Positions 56,683-64,000 of a DNA stretch of 64,000 nucleotides are shown here, one piece after another (position 1 is the stretch's first letter; each line of letters opens with the position of its first letter). A program made the position numbers and the translations under genes. The notes below the pieces were generated by a model. It was not told the origin of the DNA. It did not search any database and saw nothing but the letters and a program-made list of their open reading frames with translations. The stretch spans positions 186,001 to 250,000 of IMG/VR virus record IMGVR_UViG_3300044633_000899. The stretch is one strand, 5' to 3'.

Positions 56683-58440
56683 TTACATTTTTTGATTAAT
56701 TGATTTTAAAATTTCTTCAACGGTATCACCAGGGTCTGAACTAACATCACCCATAACAGTACCAATTATTTTTTTCTTATTGTTTAATATGTCATAAATA
56801 GCACCCTCAATTGTGTTGATAAACAAAGGATAATAAACCAATACATTATTTTTTTGACCATATCTGTACGCCCTATCTTCGGCTTGTGCGTGTTCCGCTG
56901 GGACAAAAGATAAGTCATTCATTATTACCGCTTCAGCCTTTGTTAGTGTTAAACCAACCCCCGCCGCTTTTAGATTTCCAACAAATACTTTTATCTTGTC
57001 GTTTTCTTGAAACTGGTCAACAGCATATTGTCTTTGTGTTTTATTACAACTACCATCCAAATAGACAGATTGTTTACCGAAGTGATTATGAATCATTTGT
57101 AACGTTTCCGTAAAGTTTGTAAAAATAATAACTTTCTTATCTTGATCAATTATATTTTGGGCAAATTCAATTGTTTCTTTAACCTTTTCATTAGCAATCA
57201 ATTTTCTAATTTGCATAAGTTTTGAAAATTGTACCGTTAACGACGACGACCCTTCTTCTTTATCCAACCACACATAATATTCACCCATAAGGTCTTTATA
57301 CTCTTTTGATGTTGTTTTTAAATAAATTGGTGTTATTATCTTATCTGGTAAATCTAAAACCTCATCTTTTAACCTACGAAGAATTTGACCCGAAGTTCTT
57401 TCCCTTAGTTCTTCCAAGTTTGATGCACCATTAACATTCCAAACCTTTCTATTGCCAGCCCTAAATTGATAACCTTCACAATAACGAATAGCATATGCCA
57501 TCCAGTTTTGTGCAACAGGACTTTCAATCAAGTTTAATAAATTATAATAATTGATTGGTCTGTTTGTCATTGGTGTTCCCGTTAATAACCACAAATATTT
57601 GGCCTTTTTTGTAAAACTATTAATTATTTTTGTTCTGGCCGCCTGACTATTACTTACCATATGTGCCTCATCCAATATGATCAAATCAAAATTAATTTGA
57701 CCTATAACCGAATCGTGGGGGTTTTTAATGTCATAAAAATTTTTTAAGATGTCATAATTAACAATTACAATGTCGTGTTCCGTTGAGAATTTTTTACCTT
57801 CCGCAATAAAAACAGATTTATCTGAATATATTGCAATCTCTCGTTGCCAATTTATTTTAAGAGACGCGGGACAAACAACTAAAATCTTTTTCGCTTTGGT
57901 CTCAAGTGCTGCAATAATTGTGGAGCATGACTTGCCAACGCCCATGTCATCCGCCAAAATAAACCTTTTTGACCCCACCAATTTCTCAATCGCTTCTTTT
58001 TGATGTGGTAATGGGGGTCTGTTGTCATACTTTGAGTAATCAACCTCAACCTTTTCAATTGTATGTGATTTTATTAATGATGATTTTGGAATCCAAAATT
58101 CGGATAATTGATCCTTCTCAAAGAACTTACCCCAAATATGGTAGGACTTATCTTTTTCAACTAATAATTTCTCAATGTAAATTTGTTTTGGTGTTTCAAG
58201 AAAATACCTTTCTTTAGCGAATTTTTCAGCAAAATACGTATCAAGGTCAACCCACTTTCTAGCGACTTTTGGGTTCGTACTATAATAATTTACAATATAT
58301 TCCGCTTGAGTTCTAGTTGGGTAAAACTTTTTATTTGTTTGTTTTTTGACTTTCATATATAATATATGATTGTTCGCACCATCATATGTGTCCAATAATT
58401 CTAAAGCCTTATGTTCTATTAGTTGTTTTTGATTTTCCAA
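56683..58440 (-). CDS. SNF2-family helicase (SMARCAL1/ZRANB3-like), TTG start
   Basis: ADDMGVGKS, ILDEAH, LLTGTP, GVGLTLT and QAEDRAYRYGQ motifs. Confidence 0.9.
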   Translation of the reverse strand: MENQKQLIEHKALELLDTYDGANNHILYMKVKKQTNKKFYPTRTQAEYIVNYYSTNPKVARKWVDLDTYFAEKFAKERYFLETPKQIYIEKLLVEKDKSYHIWGKFFEKDQLSEFWIPKSSLIKSHTIEKVEVDYSKYDNRPPLPHQKEAIEKLVGSKRFILADDMGVGKSCSTIIAALETKAKKILVVCPASLKINWQREIAIYSDKSVFIAEGKKFSTEHDIVIVNYDILKNFYDIKNPHDSVIGQINFDLIILDEAHMVSNSQAARTKIINSFTKKAKYLWLLTGTPMTNRPINYYNLLNLIESPVAQNWMAYAIRYCEGYQFRAGNRKVWNVNGASNLEELRERTSGQILRRLKDEVLDLPDKIITPIYLKTTSKEYKDLMGEYYVWLDKEEGSSSLTVQFSKLMQIRKLIANEKVKETIEFAQNIIDQDKKVIIFTNFTETLQMIHNHFGKQSVYLDGSCNKTQRQYAVDQFQENDKIKVFVGNLKAAGVGLTLTKAEAVIMNDLSFVPAEHAQAEDRAYRYGQKNNVLVYYPLFINTIEGAIYDILNNKKKIIGTVMGDVSSDPGDTVEEILKSINQKM

Positions 58441-58504
58441 AATTACCCGTTAATAAATAAAAATAATTATAAATTTGATATTTATAAATACAAAACAATT
58501 TAAA

Positions 58505-59020
58505 ATGAATACACCAAGAGTTCCAATAACAAGATTAGGTAAGTTTTTTGGCTCAAATGATTTTGATTTAGAGGTCTCACTTTCCGAGGAATGGTTGATT
58601 GGCGATATGAATTACACTTGTGTGTTGTACCGTGTTGATAAAACCAAAACCAAAACTGACGATGTTTACGGTGAAACGGTACCTGATGGTATTAAGTTTT
58701 TACCCCCAGTTGAGTTTAACGCACAGGTTACAATTGCGTCACCAGAAAATAAACTTATGGGTTCAACAAAATTAGATCAACTTGAACCTGGTAATATAAC
58801 TGTTTCGGTATTTTTAAAGACTTTGGACGATCTTAATATTGATATTGAGTTTGGTGATTATATTGGGTATTACGACACAGAAAGTTTTGTAAGATATTAT
58901 ACCGTTGTTAACGATGGTCGTATAACGTCTGATACAAAACATACATATAAAGGATATCGTCCTTTTTATAGAACAATAACTGGAGCACCTGTTGGTCCTA
59001 ACGAATTTAGGGGTTTATAA
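58505..59020 (+). CDS. Head-closure/neck protein, T4 gp14-like (probable start MNTPR)
   Basis: DDVYGE...F..PVE...A motif, and neighbouring the gp15-like gene. Confidence 0.6.
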   Translation: MNTPRVPITRLGKFFGSNDFDLEVSLSEEWLIGDMNYTCVLYRVDKTKTKTDDVYGETVPDGIKFLPPVEFNAQVTIASPENKLMGSTKLDQLEPGNITVSVFLKTLDDLNIDIEFGDYIGYYDTESFVRYYTVVNDGRITSDTKHTYKGYRPFYRTITGAPVGPNEFRGL

Positions 59021-59023
59021 TTT

Positions 59024-60064
59024 ATGGCACTACCAAAAAAAATAAAAAAAGATATTAATCTAATAGAGAGTAAAACTTTATTACCTAGACGGCATGAGAT
59101 GGCAGATATGATTTCACAAGATGGAACGTATTTACCCAAATCATTATTACATTCCGATTTAGATAGGGGGTTTATGGATTTTGTTCGTGACGATTTAAAA
59201 TGTGTTGTTGATGGAAAAATAATACCAACAATTGATGTGTTGATAACAACTCAAAACTGGGCACAATTTACGGAAACTTGGGATTTTCAAAACATTGATA
59301 AAAACGCGGAACCACCATTTATTGGTATTGTTAGATCACCAGAAGTAACGTTTGGTAATAACCCATCAATTATGTTGTCAAATATTCCAAATAGAAGACA
59401 ATATTTCTATATGAAAGTACCGACTTGGGACGGTCAAAGAAATGGTTACGATATATATAAAATACCTCAACCAATACCTGTTGACATCAAATATACCGTT
59501 ATTATCGTTTGTAATAGAATGCGTGAATTAAATAAATTAAACCAAATTATTATTACAAAATTCGCATCAAAACAAGCGTATCATATTATTAAGGGTCATT
59601 ATATTCCTATTATTATGGGGAATATTTCCGACGAATCAAGTATGGATTTGGAAAAAAGAAAGGTTTATTTACAAAAATACGAATTTACGTTACAAGGGTT
59701 TTTGATGGATGAAGATGAATTTGAGATAACCCCAGCGATTACAAGAACGTTTCAGATTTATGAAACCGACACTAAAATAAAAACTAGAAAACCAAAAAAA
59801 CAAATTCCTGAAATACCACAAACGTATACTGAAAAATATTCTATTGGTAATGTTGTATCTGTTTATAAGTTTAATTACACAACAAATCTTAAATTATCAT
59901 CAAATCAAAACATCACTCAATTTGAGGTGTATATTAATGATGATTTTTACGGTAATGATTTAACGGAAATACAAATAAATACTGGTGATGAATTAAGAAT
60001 CACCGTAACAAAGGATAATATTGGTCAGGTTTCTGAGATTGTGTTTTTACAAGAGATTATTTAA
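59024..60064 (+). CDS. Tail terminator/sheath completion protein, T4 gp15-like
   Basis: PIPVDIKYTV..V....ELN...QIII..F pattern, and its position between neck and sheath genes. Confidence 0.55.
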   Translation: MALPKKIKKDINLIESKTLLPRRHEMADMISQDGTYLPKSLLHSDLDRGFMDFVRDDLKCVVDGKIIPTIDVLITTQNWAQFTETWDFQNIDKNAEPPFIGIVRSPEVTFGNNPSIMLSNIPNRRQYFYMKVPTWDGQRNGYDIYKIPQPIPVDIKYTVIIVCNRMRELNKLNQIIITKFASKQAYHIIKGHYIPIIMGNISDESSMDLEKRKVYLQKYEFTLQGFLMDEDEFEITPAITRTFQIYETDTKIKTRKPKKQIPEIPQTYTEKYSIGNVVSVYKFNYTTNLKLSSNQNITQFEVYINDDFYGNDLTEIQINTGDELRITVTKDNIGQVSEIVFLQEII

Positions 60065-60124
60065 TATTTTTTATTAAAAAATCGTTTTTTTTTTTTTTGA
60101 TATATTTATAATAAAAAACATATT

Positions 60125-60541
60125 ATGAAAAAAATTTTAAGACTAACAGAAAACGATTTAACCCGTATCGTTAAACGAGTTATTCGTGAACAAGATGGTG
60201 AATCACATAATAAAATATCAGATGAAGATTTTGATTCTTTTTTAGATGTTTTATCACAATATGAATCAGGTGACATTACTTGGGATGACTTTTTAGAAAA
60301 AAGTGAAGCTATTGGTTCAAAATATGTGGTTGGACCAAAACCAAAATCAAACGTTTTTATTGGGTTGTCTAATCAAGTTGAAGAGTTTAATCAAAAGTTG
60401 TCAAACCATTATGATGACCTAATTAGAAATTCTACGTTATTTGGTAATATTTATGATGCTTACGAATCTGGTGAATTAACTAACGATGAAGGGTTCACTC
60501 TATTGAAAATGATCCGTACGGTAGAATATAACGACCGTTAA
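60125..60541 (+). CDS. Hypothetical protein with an MKKILRLTENDLTRIVKRVIRE leader
   Basis: The leader resembles that of the array genes. TATTTAT lies upstream (60103-60109). Confidence 0.65.
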   Translation: MKKILRLTENDLTRIVKRVIREQDGESHNKISDEDFDSFLDVLSQYESGDITWDDFLEKSEAIGSKYVVGPKPKSNVFIGLSNQVEEFNQKLSNHYDDLIRNSTLFGNIYDAYESGELTNDEGFTLLKMIRTVEYNDR

Positions 60542-60656
60542 TGTTTAAAATCGTCCGATAAAGGTGATCCTATTGAAGTAATTAAAGAAGTTTCAGAACG
60601 AAGTGAAAGGGGTTTACAGTAAATTTTTATAAAGTAATCACTAATGTTATCATATT

Positions 60657-61586
60657 TTAAAAATTTAATAGTTTCAATGTATGGTTAACATTGTTCCCAT
60701 TAAGATATGTTGTGTAATATTGTCTTGCGTTTTTTGTTATAAATTTTAAAAATTCTAAATCATCTTTTACATTTAAAAATTTTTTTTCAATTAGTTTAGC
60801 GTGTTTTTCTAAACCTAACCTATCAGTTGATAGTCCATTATGTCTTGGTATGTCGTCTGGTCTATCAACTGATATATAGTGATAATTTGGTATGAGTTTT
60901 GGGTTCAATTCACTTAGATATTCAAACCTTAAAAAAGGTATACCTAAACACATATATTCAATGTCTCTATAACATAATTCCCCAACTCCAGCTACTGATA
61001 GTCCAATTTTATATTTTATAATATCGTCAAAATAATTTGGAACTGGTTGAAACCCTTCAACATATTTTTTATCAAAAAATTGGGTTATTGGTCTTTCACT
61101 TACAGTACCCCTAAAGCACATCTTATCAATATAAGATTTAAATGTTTCTCTTTTTTCATAAAACATTTCATAATCAAAGACATCTTGAGGAAAATAAATC
61201 CAAGGACTATATTTTTCAATACTATCACCAACATGTTGTTTTAGATAATTATAATTAAATTGTGACAATAAAACTTTTTTTAAAAACGGATTATTATGTT
61301 CATTTAAAATTGCTGTAGATAATCTATCTGAAACTGATAAAACATAAAATTCACCAGTATCATCAAATTCAATCACATATTCACATTCGTGTAATACGAA
61401 ATATTTTGAGTTACCTTTTTTTAATTTTATTGGAAACTGATGTGAATTTGCAAATTCAAAAAACCTATTTTCCACAACAACAAAACGTTTTTTTAATTCA
61501 TCTGTTAATTTATCCCAAAATAAATTATAGTTTCTATAGTATCTTGTGTTTTCATTACACGGATTGTGTACGATAATTTTTCTCAT
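60657..61586 (-). CDS. GT-B glycosyltransferase-like (GT90/CgeB-type C-terminus)
   Basis: FRG, KYKIGLSVAGVGELCYRDIEYMCLGIP and LIPNYHYI. Confidence 0.65.
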   Translation of the reverse strand: MRKIIVHNPCNENTRYYRNYNLFWDKLTDELKKRFVVVENRFFEFANSHQFPIKLKKGNSKYFVLHECEYVIEFDDTGEFYVLSVSDRLSTAILNEHNNPFLKKVLLSQFNYNYLKQHVGDSIEKYSPWIYFPQDVFDYEMFYEKRETFKSYIDKMCFRGTVSERPITQFFDKKYVEGFQPVPNYFDDIIKYKIGLSVAGVGELCYRDIEYMCLGIPFLRFEYLSELNPKLIPNYHYISVDRPDDIPRHNGLSTDRLGLEKHAKLIEKKFLNVKDDLEFLKFITKNARQYYTTYLNGNNVNHTLKLLNF

Positions 61587-61701
61587 AATTATATATTATT
61601 ATGAATTTATTTTAAAAAAAAATATAGTGATTTTTAATTATAAAATAAATAATACTTATTATGAAAGTCATTCCATAATAATACGAAAACGTTAAAAATT
61701 T

Positions 61702-61866
61702 TTAATCATCCCCGTAAATATCTCTTTTTTCCTTACATTTTTCAATTATTAGACTCTCAAGAAATTTATACATTTTAATCCCTCGTTTATCACAATATTT
61801 CTTTAAAACATCGTGAACGTCCTTATCAATCTTTAAATTTTTAATTTTTTTTTCGTTTGGTTCCAT
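61702..61866 (-). CDS. 54-aa ribbon-helix-helix-like DNA-binding protein
   Basis: Manual translation MEPNEKKIKNLKIDKDVHDVLKKYCDKRGLKMYKFLESLIIEKCKEKRDIYGDD shows a beta-strand/helix/G/helix pattern. Below the track length cutoff. Confidence 0.6.
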   Translation of the reverse strand: MEPNEKKIKNLKIDKDVHDVLKKYCDKRGIKMYKFLESLIIEKCKEKRDIYGDD

Positions 61867-61986
61867 AAGTAGAAAAAAGGTAGAAAAAAAACCTACCTAT
61901 CTATAAATACTTTTAAGTATGTAAAGTTTTTGATAAAAACGTGAATATTTATTAATAAAATAAAATTATAAATAAAATTAAAATCT

Positions 61987-64000
61987 ATGGCAACTAACAG
62001 TAAAATATTTGTATCACCAGGTGTTTATACTTCAGAAGTGGATTTAAGTTTTGTCGCGCAGAGTGTTGGTGTTACAACACTTGGTATTGCGGGGGAAACT
62101 TTAAAAGGTCCGGCTTTTGAACCAATTTTCATTAAAAACTTTGACGAATTCCAAAATTATTTTGGGGGTACGTCACCGGAAAAATTTGTTAATACACAAA
62201 TTCCGAAATATGAAGCGTCGTACATCGCAAAAGCGTATCTACAACAATCTAATCAATTATTTGTAACTAGAATCCTTGGATTATCTGGTTATGATGCGGG
62301 ACCATCTTGGTCAATTGTAACTAAAGCAAACGTTGATCCAACAACCGTTGATTTTATGTGTGAAAGTGGTCAAACGATTGATTGTGAATTTGTTTGTCAA
62401 GAACCAAGTGGTAACACGTTTAGTTTTGGATTTGTCGGTTGTACAAATTCGTCTGAAACAATTGAATATTCTGAAACTTCATTACCAATTCAAATTGAAA
62501 GTATGTTGACCACACAATATGAAACATTTAATGGGTCTGTATCAACATTGGATGCAAACATTAGAAGTTTGATTAGTGGTGTTATGGCCGAACCATCAAC
62601 ATCAGCAGATACTATTAGTTATTTCGGTTCAATTTGGGGTGACGATTATAGTACTTTATCAACATTGTTTACAAACGAAAATAATGTGTTTAATGTTCCC
62701 TCACCATCAAGTGAGTTAACAGACTACACATCACCATTTAACGATCCTTGGTATTACGCTCAATTTGAAAACATTGGTAATGGTTTATACTCAGGTTTTT
62801 CATTCTTCTTATATGTTGACGAATTATCTGAAATTATACCAGTAACAACAACAACAACAACGTTACCACCAACTCCAACTCCAACACCAGATCCGTGTAA
62901 TCCAACACCAACTACAACAACAACGACAACAACACAACCAGAGGTTATTACTTGTTATTCAGGTAATGTTGTTGGTAAAATTTATTACTATTCAGGTATT
63001 TCTTATACGGAATATGATAATTTAGTTGTTGGAACATTAAGATCTAGAGGTATCGCAACATACGCTGACGGTAATAATCCAGTATTTGAGGTTTCAGCAA
63101 CAACAAATGTTACTTTAAATATGGGTGGTCAGTATAGTCCTGTTCTTAAAGATCCGTATATGCCGTTTGCGATAAATGTAACAAATAACACTGGTACTAA
63201 CTTTGTTTTTGAAGCGTCATTTTCTCAATCCGATTCACAATATATTGCTAAAGTATTTGGTGGTACAAATTTTGGGAAACCAAGAACCTCAACACCATTG
63301 TTTTTAGAAGAGAATTTCCAATCAATATTAAATTACGGATGGAAAAAAGGTTATATTAGAGGTTTAAGTTCTGATTTAATTGCGTTGGATTCGGCTCAAA
63401 GTAACGATTCATCATCAATTGGTTGGTATTTAGATAAATATCAAACACCATCTTCACCTTGGGTTGTTTCTGAATTAAGAGGTAATAAAACATTTAACCT
63501 ATTTAAATTCTATACAATATCTGATGGTAATTCAGCAAACAGCGAGGTTAAAGTTTCATTTATTAATATGTCATTCAATAACAGAACTTTTGATGTTTTA
63601 GTTAGAGATTATTATGATGTTGACGCAAATCCAGTTGTACTTGAGAAATTTACAAACTGTACAATGGATCCGTCACAAAATAATTTTATCGCGAAAAAAA
63701 TCGGTACACTAGATGGTGAATACCAGTTAAATTCAAAATATATAATGGTTGAAATGAATGAGGACGCACCTACAGATGCTTTACCTTGTGGTTTTGATGG
63801 TTATGTGTTTAGAGAATACGCTGACGCTAAATCACCATTCCCAGTTTATAAAACAAAATATGATTTCCCTGGTGAGGTTGTTTATAACCCCCCATTTGGT
63901 TTCTCAAGCGGAAATGACGATGCAATAATTTCTGGTGGTGATAATGTTAGAAAAACATATTTAGGATTTTCTAATAACATCGGATTTGATACTAGTTTCT
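61987..64000 (+). CDS. Contractile tail sheath protein, partial; runs off the right edge
   Basis: Manual translation MATNSKIFVSPGVYTSEVDLSFVAQSVGVTTLGIAGETLKGPAFEP..FDEF...FGG...LFVTRILG. Confidence 0.92.
   Translation, partial: MATNSKIFVSPGVYTSEVDLSFVAQSVGVTTLGIAGETLKGPAFEPIFIKNFDEFQNYFGGTSPEKFVNTQIPKYEASYIAKAYLQQSNQLFVTRILGLSGYDAGPSWSIVTKANVDPTTVDFMCESGQTIDCEFVCQEPSGNTFSFGFVGCTNSSETIEYSETSLPIQIESMLTTQYETFNGSVSTLDANIRSLISGVMAEPSTSADTISYFGSIWGDDYSTLSTLFTNENNVFNVPSPSSELTDYTSPFNDPWYYAQFENIGNGLYSGFSFFLYVDELSEIIPVTTTTTTLPPTPTPTPDPCNPTPTTTTTTTTQPEVITCYSGNVVGKIYYYSGISYTEYDNLVVGTLRSRGIATYADGNNPVFEVSATTNVTLNMGGQYSPVLKDPYMPFAINVTNNTGTNFVFEASFSQSDSQYIAKVFGGTNFGKPRTSTPLFLEENFQSILNYGWKKGYIRGLSSDLIALDSAQSNDSSSIGWYLDKYQTPSSPWVVSELRGNKTFNLFKFYTISDGNSANSEVKVSFINMSFNNRTFDVLVRDYYDVDANPVVLEKFTNCTMDPSQNNFIAKKIGTLDGEYQLNSKYIMVEMNEDAPTDALPCGFDGYVFREYADAKSPFPVYKTKYDFPGEVVYNPPFGFSSGNDDAIISGGDNVRKTYLGFSNNIGFDTSF

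Noticed and set aside
58475-58504. Track start (TTG) for the gp14-like gene, and extended starts at 3996, 15805 and 33992
   Set aside because: These extensions overlap the TATTTAT motif or the neighbouring gene. The downstream starts at 58505, 3945, 15751 and 33923 fit the packing and motif spacing.
1-64000. Stop-codon reassignment as seen in some jumbo phages
   Set aside because: Genes are full-length and tightly packed under the standard code, and TGA and TAA both serve as real stops.
1-64000. tRNA/rRNA genes
   Set aside because: Intergenic gaps are short and AT-rich, and no cloverleaf-like GC-rich segment was seen. tRNAscan-SE would be definitive.
1-64000. Giant eukaryotic virus (NCLDV) or bacterial LPS-locus origin, suggested by GT60, SNF2, LRRs and many GTs
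   Set aside because: The tail sheath, neck, baseplate and gp55-like genes, operon-style overlaps and intrinsic terminators indicate a tailed bacteriophage.

Overview
This is a gene-dense, strongly AT-rich segment of a large T4-like (contractile-tailed, jumbo-type) dsDNA bacteriophage, read with the standard genetic code. Phage hallmarks are a partial gp5-like baseplate hub gene, a gp55-like late sigma factor, PhoH, dUTPase, family B DNA polymerase, gp13/gp14/gp15-like neck proteins, a SNF2 helicase and a partial tail sheath gene. A-rich starts lacking Shine-Dalgarno sequences suggest a Bacteroidota host (inference). The window has five blocks. (i) 3.9-18.3 kb: an island of glycosyltransferases and sugar-modifying enzymes. 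(ii) 21-48 kb: a fibre/adhesin region built from shuffled modules (three LRR types, a 29-residue coiled coil, a duplicated two-gene cassette, YadA-like repeats, many Pro/Thr tracts), with a GT60 polypeptide GlcNAc-transferase and an HtrL-type GT embedded. (iii) polB and a neck gene. (iv) 52.7-56.7 kb: an array of six paralogous ~149-aa units, one fused to a HExxH domain and an Fe/Mn superoxide dismutase. (v) Neck and tail genes. Two candidate novel systems stand out. The first is mucin-type O-glycosylation of the virion: a GT60 enzyme plus Pro/Thr tracts in several structural proteins, including the tail sheath. The second is the paralog array, where a ~21-nt direct repeat flanks a 38-47-nt segment that is largely unrelated between copies and encodes a hypervariable C-terminus. 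A TATTTAT motif precedes many putative late genes. All family assignments come from motif recognition by eye; no database searches were run.
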